From: Longimicrobiales bacterium
GTDB taxonomy: Bacteria > Gemmatimonadota > Gemmatimonadetes > Longimicrobiales > Gaopeijiaceae
Assembly (NCBI GenBank): GCA_965197725.1
Contig: CBDANQ010000049.1
Span: forward strand, 1 to 64,000
Length of the DNA: 64,000 bases
Direction of reading: 5' to 3'
Every line of letters starts with the position of its first letter. Positions within the stretch are counted from its first letter, which is position 1. The position numbers were made by a program, and so were the translations under genes. This document shows, in pieces, positions 42,601 through 49,456 of this stretch. A model generated the notes under the pieces. It saw only the letters and a list, made by a program, of their open reading frames with translations, searched no databases and was not told the DNA's origin.

Positions 42601-42754
42601 CGTCAGCGGTTTCGAGATGGGAGTTCAGATGAGCTACGACGACCGTCAGTCGTTCGTTGGGCAGCGTACCGGATCGACGCAGTTCCAGCTCATGCTGTGG
42701 GGGCAACTCCAGTTGTCGGCGGGCACGATCCCGGTGCGCCCACGCGGCCTGTAG
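36638..42754 (+). CDS. SprA-like very large outer-membrane protein (T9SS translocon homologue)
   Basis: Signal-like N-terminus; 'YEGREDDILQRLEVGDV..LP..RF' motif, DYEIDYDVGQV, TEDLDRDGNLD, GEIWIDELRL as in SprA N-terminal repeats; beta-rich C-terminus; start codon uncertain (ORF opens at 36509). Confidence 0.75.
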   Translation: MRVSPLLLGLALLTPVLPASGGTRAHAAVPSLEIALDTILRSDLSVPATTVRSGLVAAADEPHVRLGLKLIPVYEGRLGLRVAHKAPGLVLTRLPSAVAAPLLDPIQLWRVLALGQNAADSTFFLPAPPEPPRRVAEAPAGQEALPRFQSEYADLALNVTSRMELGGEWARFQPCDEQFKVSCNPNLIPQLSPDLRFGVQVDGAIADRIRVDVDFDQSREFDASNRINIFYEGREDDILQRLEVGDVEFRLPTNSRFLTEGIPAGNFGFQAEGQLGPLEFQSVWAQQRGDLNTRQFRLTGLGDQRGFVQQDTLVLDDADYVRGQFFFLVDPREIDEYPHVDALALDPASAPPSVVPGFDPIQLYRFEDDPVFQQQVEGFIQADAIAEGEAGTVIESGWFRYLQPGLDYSVHPSGLWVALRSPLRRDEMLAVTYVTAIGDTVGDYNPERLHNVGARPTLKLLKASGANHQPGRATWDQEMHQVYRVSGSPDVEHASVELTISLGELSAGRTFKRGPSGEDVTFLRLFGLDDEAPVDALDPSFVYSPGAEFFQEQPPVQGTFVVFPTLRPFAEPPPLPASGLTDIETSRILAEDANARIYEEEDPFERDNAGRFRLTLAYRLRSEGVISSFSLGAFGIRDGSERIFLGDRVLTNGVDYEIDYDVGQVRLLEPEQLFASTPDAPVRATWEQRALFQVSPTQVFGLSSHADLGVGGGVDVLGLYRSERSVVTRPILGTEPGAALLGGVSGSYQTRVAWIDRVLDRLPGLRLDRATSVSVNGEFAVSLPNPNTAGQAFLDDFDARAQLPVSLLSSNWAHASAPTMRDGARSILPASLDASTAVPLVWQHSWVEESVVGDSVGVHEGFFPRLDIDRQIRVAGAEVREPGMILSFGRGPVRELSWRSITTSLSTNGLDLTKTEFIEFYTAGAEALTLVIDLGTVSEDAFFVDLLGNPSGTRATTGRRWGLGLLDQEADPRLGELWNDEADSRGVWGETCESERGRIYRIADPRATCTRGNGRQDTEDLDRDGNLDIRERHLRYVVRLDGTSPFLARTKAETGTDFQLYRIPVRGTDAIEVGGAFSDADLRAVRHMRLTLTGAENHRLQLARMRLVGSRWIKRAGEGVLSGIIGDTLAGFGRVEVASVSRVTEGDEYASPPGVLEELVNPTAAFSGEGIEFNEKSLGLLFEDVPEHARAEVYHRFPQRPQNFLAYRQARVWVVPREGDFGPDRPHYFFFKVGSDAENFYLFRTPLQPPSSPGGVAPGDWLPQIVIDFEEWFDLRRRAEALLLTARGPGDPPVTVWASDSTYAVVLKDRGRAPNLAAVREMSIGVWNEGMLPMTGEIWIDELRLGRSVRDAGVATSLDFEMDGAGVLTTRASLTSRGAFFRQLRDDPTYQDDRTVNVNSRLALDSWMPAEWGIDLPLTLDYDRTTQAPSFLANSDLRADRLEGLRATDSRQTRVGLSFRKRIRSANPWVGLLVDGLDARLGYSSIAGSSVTTQRDADAVDAGLSWARDPAVRDFGIVPRFATGVVRTLLPGFLEDKVLGSRFRWNPERVSVGTSYSKIDSRIQRFERIIEHEDDSLALVTRAPREGFQTAADVRFRPLPPLSASFTMATVRDVLPPQEAVTDNRVRALVRDERTRAAGLDLGWETNRSLQTRVSFGPSVFSWLRSDFDWNTVYRADRNANLLDRQVLDGDTTLALARNASGRRDWRADFSLDPTRMVESWLGPGHEDDPASITELRSVIGALRPFTVTYQDGIVSRFNRDPVDPGLGYQFGFGGPEGFRLIEGDTAATLTDRSAWTLGSGVVLPGGLGIDAGFQQTEATTLDTRSDRRTVLKRWPDVRTRLPALTLPAATKIRSVNLSSGITRIERETEFGGQGVQRRFAEDVRIPLTVSVAWRGTLVTSYRGAFRAGRGVDPTGDTERDRSEHHITVSSLFVPPGGLARRLDRAVRLSLMAGYTSERECRTTTARQECVAFLDQILRSINLSLDTSVSGFEMGVQMSYDDRQSFVGQRTGSTQFQLMLWGQLQLSAGTIPVRPRGL

Positions 42755-42828
42755 CAGCCGACCCCTCTAAGCATACGGCTGTCCCCGCGCCGACGTCATT
42801 TTTCTGGATGCGGGAGTCCTATTTCTGA

Positions 42829-43467
42829 ATGCACGATTCCGAGACCCGAGCACTGCGCCGGACCGCGCTGTTGTTGTTTGCCGTGAGCGCCGTGCGCTTG
42901 ATGTGGCCGGTCGGGAGCGTGGCACCGGACGTCGCCGAGGTGACAGATTCCTTGCTCGCCGCGAGCCAGGAGGCGCTCGCGGATGCTGAGCACAGGTCCC
43001 GTCCACTCGAGCCAGGCGAACGCATCGACCCCAACCTGGCGACTGCCCAGGAGCTGGATCGGCTCCCGGGAGTCGGTGCGGTGGCAGCGCGGGCGATCGT
43101 GGCGGAGCGAGAGCGGACCGGTCCGTTCCGCGACGCCGGTGACCTGTCGCGTGTGCGTGGCATCGGTCCGGCGACCGTCGCGAAATTGGAACCCCACATC
43201 GCGGTGTCGAGGCCCCGCCCTGCGCCGCCGGGGCGCCCCCGACGGCACCGGACGTCCCCCGCGTCGGCCGTCGACGTCAATCGCGCGACGGTGGACGACC
43301 TGGTCGCGTTGCCCGGGATCGGGCCAGCGCTCGCCGCACGAATCGTCGACGCGAGAGGAGAACAGATGTTTGCGAGGGTTGAGGATCTGGTGCGGGTGCG
43401 TGGAATCGGGCCTGCAACCGTCGAACGACTGCGCCCTCTCGTGACTGCGGGTGGGGGCCGACGATGA
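42829..43467 (+). CDS. comEA: ComEA-like DNA-binding protein with two helix-hairpin-helix modules
   Basis: TM anchor; IDPNLATAQELDRLPGVG...VRGIGP and VDVNRAT..DLVALPGIG...VRGIGP. Confidence 0.82.
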   Translation: MHDSETRALRRTALLLFAVSAVRLMWPVGSVAPDVAEVTDSLLAASQEALADAEHRSRPLEPGERIDPNLATAQELDRLPGVGAVAARAIVAERERTGPFRDAGDLSRVRGIGPATVAKLEPHIAVSRPRPAPPGRPRRHRTSPASAVDVNRATVDDLVALPGIGPALAARIVDARGEQMFARVEDLVRVRGIGPATVERLRPLVTAGGGRR

Positions 43468-43602
43468 AGCTGAGGCCGGGTGGGCCGTAAGGCCGATTGG
43501 CCGTTCCGCCATCTCTCTTGTAGAGTGACGGTACGGTCCTGTATTGTTAAGCGGCGCAGCGTTTGCGCGTCCCCGATTTCCCCCCGTTAGGATTGCTCAC
43601 CG

Positions 43603-44265
43603 ATGGGAGCCAAGACCGCACAAGAGATTCGTCTCGGAGACCTGTTCGTTCGGGAAGGTCTGATCACGGAGGAGCAGTTGAAGGAGGGCCTCGCGGTCTC
43701 GAAGACGGAGGGCCACCGGATCGGGTATGCGTTGGTCCACCTGGGGTTCGTCCAGGAGGAAGAGCTCACGCGAATGCTCGCGAGGCAGTACCGCGTCCCC
43801 GCGGTCGATCTAGGTCACGGTGGACGAGAAGATCCTGAAGCTCATCCCTGGGCATGTCGCTATCAAGCATCTGGTCCTTCCGCTGCGTCGGGTCGGGCGG
43901 ATGCTTACCGTAGCGATGACCAATCCCACGGACTTCTCCGCGATCGACGATCTCAAGTTCATCACCAAGCTCGAAATTGAGCCGGTCATCGTCGGTGAGT
44001 ACACGCTCCGCAAGCACCTCGAGCAGTACTTCGGCAGCACGGACGACGAGCAGATGGCGAGTCTGCTCGAGCAGTGGCGTGATGACGAGGTCGAGGTCAT
44101 CGAGGAGGAAGAGGACGAAGAGGCCTACTCCCAGATGGCGGCCGAGCTCGACGCGGCCCCTGTCGTCAAGTTCATCAACGGCCTTCTCACGGACGCGGTA
44201 TTAAAGGGCGTCTCCGATATCCACATCGAGCCGTTCGAGAAGGAGATCCGGGTCCGGTATCGGAT
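43603..44265 (+). pseudogene. pilB: Type IV pilus assembly ATPase PilB, N-terminal fragment (frameshift near 43812; cut by IS at 44266)
   Basis: RLGDLFVREGLIT in one frame continues as DEKILKLIP...APVVKFIN...SDIHIEP...RVRYR in another; homology stops at RYR. Confidence 0.88.
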
Positions 44266-44278
44266 GGTAATTATGCAC

Positions 44279-44307
44279 TTGACACAATCCTGTGTGGGTG
44301 TTACTAT
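44279..44307 (+). promoter_or_regulatory. Sigma70 promoter in the IS left end, TTGACA-N17-TACTAT
   Basis: Near-consensus boxes with 17-bp spacing, pointing toward the transposase. Confidence 0.7.
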
Positions 44308-44462
44308 TCATGTATGGACTTCGTAACGCCTTTCCTGCCAGCGGTTTCAGCCACTCGGTCGAGCTCTTTTTTCAGCCGTTTGCCAAACACCTTCTCAGCT
44401 AGCTTCACGTCATCCATATCTACCTTCGTAAGCTTCTGCTTTTTCTTAGGAGTCTGATTCAT
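44304..44462 (-). CDS. Small basic protein (52 aa) divergent from the transposase
   Basis: MNQTPKKKQKLTKVDMDDVKLAEKVFGKRLKKELDRVAE; shares the CATG palindrome with the transposase start. Confidence 0.45.
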   Translation of the reverse strand: MNQTPKKKQKLTKVDMDDVKLAEKVFGKRLKKELDRVAETAGRKGVTKSIHE

Positions 44463-45345
44463 GGACATCGTCTCCCTACTGGATCGTTTCGCTAACGAGG
44501 ACACCTGCCGGAAGCACCTGGAGGCTCTGCGTTGGCCCAGTGGTGTCGCGTGCACCCGGTGCGGCGATATGGACGTGAGCCCGATCAAAGGCAGGGGCCA
44601 GTGGCACTGCATCGGATGCGGCTACCACTTCAGCGTGAAGTCCGGCACGATCATGCACGACTCGCACCTGCCGCTCCGGAAGTGGTTCGCCGCAATCTAC
44701 CTGCTCTGCCAGTCCAAGAAAGGCATGAGCGCCCACCAGTTGCACCGGACAATCGGCGTGGCCTACAGGACGGCCTGGTACCTCTGCCACCGCATCCGCG
44801 AGGCGATGGGCAACGACCCGTTCACCGGCCCTACGCTCTTCGGCATCGTCGAAGTTGACGAGACCTTGGTGGGCGGAAAGACCAGGGGCAAGGGTCCCGC
44901 CTACAAGGGCAACAGGACCTGGGTGGCCGGGGCCATCCAACGCGGCGGTCAGGTACGCCTTGAGCGCATCCCCAACATCCGGAAGCACACCCTTCATGAC
45001 TTCATCGCCCGCACCGTCAGAGACGAGGCCGAGGCAATCTACACCGATGAACTCAAGTCCTACCTCGGGATCGCTGACGACGACACCCGCCATGAGACCG
45101 TCAGGCACTCCGAAGAGGAATGGGTCCTGGGCGACGTCCACACCAACGGCATTGAAGGCGTCTGGAGCCTCTTCAAGCGCTCTATCGTAGGATCGTTCCA
45201 CAAGATCAGCGCCAAGCACATGGACCGCTATTTGGAAGAACTGGAATGGCGCTATAACAACCGCGACAACCCCAACATCTTCCGCGACACCCTCCGGCGC
45301 ATCGTGAACACCGACCCGCTCACCTACCGCGAGCTGGTGGCCTAG
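44461..45345 (+). CDS. IS1595-family transposase
   Basis: LRWP..CxxC..CxxC zinc ribbon, GTIMHDSHLPL.KW, VEVDET, IYTDE, HTNGIEGVWS.FKR, YLEELEWRYN. Confidence 0.93.
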   Translation: MDIVSLLDRFANEDTCRKHLEALRWPSGVACTRCGDMDVSPIKGRGQWHCIGCGYHFSVKSGTIMHDSHLPLRKWFAAIYLLCQSKKGMSAHQLHRTIGVAYRTAWYLCHRIREAMGNDPFTGPTLFGIVEVDETLVGGKTRGKGPAYKGNRTWVAGAIQRGGQVRLERIPNIRKHTLHDFIARTVRDEAEAIYTDELKSYLGIADDDTRHETVRHSEEEWVLGDVHTNGIEGVWSLFKRSIVGSFHKISAKHMDRYLEELEWRYNNRDNPNIFRDTLRRIVNTDPLTYRELVA

Positions 45346-45423
45346 GTGGCCGCCCCCAATTGGAAGCCTAAGACGATTTGGCGACCGGGGCATGGAGTAC
45401 CTGAAAGCCAAGCTCCAACTCAC

Positions 45424-45960
45424 TTAGTTCACGGAACCCGCAAGAGTTTCCCACAGCTTTTTCATCCAGTTCTTGATCCGCACAGGCCGCCGGGCTCTCG
45501 TGAGGGTGACTGTAGGCTCTAGAATAGAAACCGACCATTCGGCCGAACCGGCGTCGGCGGACAAGGGAGGCAGGGTTATAGCCCTGGCAGCCGCGAGCCT
45601 CTTTGTCTCTGCCATCGATTGAATCACCGGAAACCAGTTGCGCAACACATCTACGTCCATTTGGGGGCACGGGACATCAAGTGATCCTAGCTTGTGCATT
45701 ATCACCAGAATTTCCGCCCTAGTCTTACCGGTGAAATCTAGGCTCCCACCGTCCCAGGATGCAGTATCGCCCTCCATGGATGAAGCGTGAGCAGCTTTGA
45801 TTTCAGTGGTCAAATCGTGAAATCGATTTGCTGACCTAAGGCGGCGTATCCATGGCCAGTTGATGATAGCTAGCAAGCCGGTGAACAACGTGAACAGCGC
45901 CGCGTAATCTGACCCCACCAAATTCACCGGCACGGTAAGCCCCACTGGCTCACGGGTCAT
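45424..45960 (-). CDS. Hypothetical protein with N-terminal TM helix (probable IS passenger)
   Basis: 178-aa ORF in a visibly lower-GC tract, convergent with the transposase. Confidence 0.55.
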   Translation of the reverse strand: MTREPVGLTVPVNLVGSDYAALFTLFTGLLAIINWPWIRRLRSANRFHDLTTEIKAAHASSMEGDTASWDGGSLDFTGKTRAEILVIMHKLGSLDVPCPQMDVDVLRNWFPVIQSMAETKRLAAARAITLPPLSADAGSAEWSVSILEPTVTLTRARRPVRIKNWMKKLWETLAGSVN

Positions 45961-46271
45961 AGATCTTGTTCTTTTCCATGCTCTCCACGCTGCAGTGCAC
46001 GAACGATTGTCCTTCCACGATCACTCGACTGATCGACATGCAAGGTGGTCGAGCTCGAGCCGTATCCATGGCCAGTTGATGCTAGCTAGGCAAGCCGGTG
46101 AACAATCGTGCTCAGCGGCCAGCGTCGAATCTGTACGGAATCAACCACCCCACCAAATTCACCGGCACGGTAAGCCCCACTGGCTCACGGGTCACTTGGT
46201 GCTCTCCACGCTGCACACGAACGATTGTCCTTCCACGATCACTCGACTGATCGACATGCAGCTCGAGCCGT
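45845..46271 (+). repeat. Noisy tandem duplication A-B'-A'-B across the IS/pilB junction
   Basis: 45845-45959 recurs with indels at 46061-46194; 45979-46042 recurs at 46200-46260. Confidence 0.85.
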
Positions 46272-46666
46272 TCAACGTGGCTTCTGCGCTCAATCTGCTC
46301 ACGGCGCAGCGACTCGCGCGCCGCATTTGCAAGAGCTGCAAGGTCGAAGCGACGTACGACGAAGAGTTCCTCAGCTCAGCCAAGCTCCCGCTCGACTGGG
46401 CGGATCAGAACACGTTCTACAGGGGTGAGGGATGTGACGAGTGCGGGGGATCGGGCTACAGGGGCCGCTGCGGATTTTACGAGGTCATGATCATGTCGCC
46501 GCCACTGCGGAAAGCGATCATGCAGGAGCTGTCGACAGACGACCTGCGAGACTTGGCGTGCTCGGAAGGGATGTTGACCCTCCGGCAAGACGGGATGAAG
46601 AAGGTCGAGAGAGGCACTACCACGATGGAAGAGCTGGTGAAAGAGACCACGGCCAGCGAGGACTAG
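46184..46666 (+). pseudogene. pilB: PilB C-terminal fragment
   Basis: LTGHLVLSTLHTND, AQRLARRICKSC, GCDECGGSGYRGR, GMLTLRQDG; Walker A/B segment absent. Confidence 0.9.
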
Positions 46667-46694
46667 CCGCGCGCCCTCGACAAAGGATGCCTTA

Positions 46695-47381
46695 ATGGAC
46701 CACGAGCCGGCTGCTCCGGCAGGACACCAAGAACGCGAGCAACAGCAGGAGCTGAGCCTGCGCGTGTTGCTCCAGGAAATGCTTCAACGCGGCGCGTCGG
46801 ACCTCCACATCACGGTGGGGAACACGGCCATGTTGCGCCTCGACGGAGACCTGGCCAAGTCGAAGACCGGCCAGGTGCTCACTCCGAAGGACACGCTCGC
46901 GCTGTCGTACTCCATTCTCACCGAAAACCAGAAAAAGCGCTTCGAGGTCGACGACGAGCTCGATTTCTCGTTCGGGGTGCAGAATCTCTCACGGTTCCGC
47001 GGCAATGTGTACAAGCAGCGCGGCTGCGTCGCGATGGCGATCCGACAGATTCCCTACGACATCGTCACGCTCGACCAGCTCGGGATGCCCCCGATCCTCA
47101 CCAAGCTCGCCCGACGCCCGAGAGGCCTCGTCCTGGTTACGGGGCCGACCGGTGCGGGCAAGACGACGACGCTCGCCGCGATGGTCGACATGATCAACCG
47201 GGAGCGGAAGGCTCACATCATCACCATCGAGGACCCGATCGAGTTCATTCACCGCCACCAGAAGTGTATCATCAACCAGCGGGAGGTGGGAGCGGATACT
47301 CAGAGCTTCACCAGCGCTCTGAAGTACGCGCTTCGCCAGGACCCCGACATCGTGCTCATAGGCGAGATGCGGGATCTAGAG
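46695..47381 (+). pseudogene. pilT: Pilus retraction ATPase PilT, 3'-truncated
   Basis: ASDLHI, GPTGAGKTTT, TIEDPIE, ALRQDPDIVLIGEMRDLE, then homology ends (no TGH..TLH His box); ORF runs on antisense to the VOC gene to 47828. Confidence 0.87.
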
Positions 47382-47423
47382 GGCCCTGGTCAAGGGTCGG
47401 GTCGAAGCCGGCGCGCAACGGTT

Positions 47424-47810
47424 CTACGACTTCGCCACCTCGCACATGAGCGCCAATTGGTTCTCTTCGCTGTCTTTGAAGAACGCCATCCACAACTCGT
47501 GATCTCCCATGTCGTGCACGAAGTGTGGATCGACGTCGAATGTGACGCCGCGCTCGACCAGCGTCTGGTGTGCGCCGGCAATGTCGGGGACTTTGTAATA
47601 CAGGAGCGAGGCGCCGTGGCTCTCCGATCCCTCGCTTTCACCAATCATGAGACGGATTCCGTCCAAATCGAAGAACGCCATGCGGGGAGGGGCCTCGAAA
47701 AGGAAGCGAATGCCGAGTATGTCGCGATAAAATGCCACCGCTCGCTCCAACTCCAGTACCGGCACGAAGACCTGCCCCAATGTCTGAATGCCGAAGCTCT
47801 CGTCGCTCAT
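47424..47810 (-). CDS. VOC/glyoxalase family protein
   Basis: LGQV..V..LERAVAFYRDILG, WMAFFKDSEEN. Confidence 0.88.
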   Translation of the reverse strand: MSDESFGIQTLGQVFVPVLELERAVAFYRDILGIRFLFEAPPRMAFFDLDGIRLMIGESEGSESHGASLLYYKVPDIAGAHQTLVERGVTFDVDPHFVHDMGDHELWMAFFKDSEENQLALMCEVAKS

Positions 47811-47899
47811 GCGTGCCTCCGGAGTTGAATCGATGATCCCGATCGTGCACCTGCTTCACCAACTTCGCCAGCAGGACGGCGCGACCTGAGCCCAGTTCA

Positions 47900-49387
47900 C
47901 TACCGGATCGGGATCCTGAGCGTCAGCTGATGAGTGAGTACCGAGGCGTCCTGAAGCGTGAGCGGGGCTTCGGGGGCCACGATGAAGTCGGCGCCGGCAC
48001 CCAGCGCCGTATCAGCCTCAGCGCGGAACATCTGGGCTGTTCCTGGTTGGCCGGTTCCGGTCGTGAGGCGGCCCGCGTACCTGAGCTCGAGGTCCGAGAA
48101 TCGGACCGTGGCACCGAACGTCGGCGTCCACTCCATCCACGACTCGTCTTGATCGCGAAATGAGTTCTCGACGTGGTTGGTCTGCTCGAGCGTATAGTCG
48201 TAGGAGCGAACCTCGAGTCCGCCCTGTAGCCCGATATCCTCCAGCTGATGGGAGAGACCGGCGCGCAGGATCACATTGGTGAAGAAGAAGTCGTTCTCGA
48301 TCGTCCGCCCGCCCGCCTTGATCACCACGCCGTCGTCGGTCACGACGTCCTCGTCGGCCTCCTGCCACGTCTCGCTCCAGATCGGCTGCACCACGACGTC
48401 TATGCCGAAGGTGGTCGGGCCGCGTGTACGGCCGAATCCGAATCCGGCCTCGTACGCCCACGTCGTGCCGGGGTCACGAGGGATGTTTTGGATGCTGTAG
48501 TTGGGGATCTTCGGATGCGACTTCCGATTCACGGTAGCCGCCGCTCCCACTCGCCAACCTGGAGCGTCGAGGTCTCGGTCCCAGGAAAGTTGTCCGCCCC
48601 ACGTGCGCGTCTTGTCTTCGTTGATCTCGATGCGCGCCTGGGCGACGGGGGGCTGCATCGGATCGTCCCAAATGAAGTCGACGTACATAACGTCGTGGGT
48701 CATCGATATGCGATTGTTGACGAGGATGATCGCGAAACGCTCACGTTCGCCGTCGCGGTACAATCCCAGTCGCAGATCGGAGGCGCTGCCCGACTGTTCA
48801 ATACGGTCCGCGCCGGCGTACAAGAGGTCGACGCCGTCCACCGCATCGAGGTGTGCCGTCGAGGCTGCCAGACCTAGCGACCAAGGACCGGCGCCGAGCC
48901 GGCGTCCCACGAAACCGCTTGCGTAGAGGTTGCGGGACGCAACGTCGCTCAGGCGACGCGGCGGCCCGATCCACTCCACGAACGGCTGGATGAAGAAACG
49001 GTTGCCCCTCGAGTTATCGATCTGTTGCAGCGCGAGCGAGGCGCCACCGAACCATTGGGCGCCGCGGAAGAGGCCTGCGAGGGGGAACGTCTTCCCGGAG
49101 CCACCGTTGTCGGAGATCCCGTAGAACGTGGGCGAGCCCAGGAAGGAGGACTCGTCGATGAAGACGCCCTTGGCAGGGTTGGCCCATGGATCGCCGAGGG
49201 AGTCGTTCACGGCGAAGCGGACTCCGGCCATGCCGAGGTTGGCGCTGGGCAGAATGAGGAACTGGTCGCCCGAAGCGACCGGTACCGTGCGGATCGGAAC
49301 GAGCTGGGCGGCGAGCGGCACCGCGTGGATCGAGAGGAGCGCGGCGAGGGCCGCAAGAGCACGAACGAATGAAAGACTCATCGTCAC
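47900..49387 (-). CDS. Secreted hypothetical protein, probable outer-membrane beta-barrel
   Basis: Signal peptide ending PLAA-Q; alternating amphipathic beta strands; downstream of the TonB receptor. Confidence 0.7.
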   Translation of the reverse strand: MTMSLSFVRALAALAALLSIHAVPLAAQLVPIRTVPVASGDQFLILPSANLGMAGVRFAVNDSLGDPWANPAKGVFIDESSFLGSPTFYGISDNGGSGKTFPLAGLFRGAQWFGGASLALQQIDNSRGNRFFIQPFVEWIGPPRRLSDVASRNLYASGFVGRRLGAGPWSLGLAASTAHLDAVDGVDLLYAGADRIEQSGSASDLRLGLYRDGERERFAIILVNNRISMTHDVMYVDFIWDDPMQPPVAQARIEINEDKTRTWGGQLSWDRDLDAPGWRVGAAATVNRKSHPKIPNYSIQNIPRDPGTTWAYEAGFGFGRTRGPTTFGIDVVVQPIWSETWQEADEDVVTDDGVVIKAGGRTIENDFFFTNVILRAGLSHQLEDIGLQGGLEVRSYDYTLEQTNHVENSFRDQDESWMEWTPTFGATVRFSDLELRYAGRLTTGTGQPGTAQMFRAEADTALGAGADFIVAPEAPLTLQDASVLTHQLTLRIPIR

Positions 49388-49456
49388 CTCCGGTGGTCGG
49401 CGGCTCCTCGGCCGCCGTCACTCAGATAACGACCGCGGGAGGGCAGCCGTGACGCC

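Larger units (their letters stand above)
44266..45960 (+). mobile_element. IS1595-family element inserted in pilB, with a passenger gene; right end apparently lost
   Basis: Abrupt switch to AT-rich GGTAATTATGCAC exactly where pilB breaks; IS1595 transposase inside; no inverted copy of the left end found downstream. Confidence 0.82.

Noticed and set aside
46695..47828. 377-aa ORF as a full-length or novel-fusion PilT
   Set aside because: The last ~148 aa are mostly the antisense reading of the VOC gene; the length match to PilT is coincidental.
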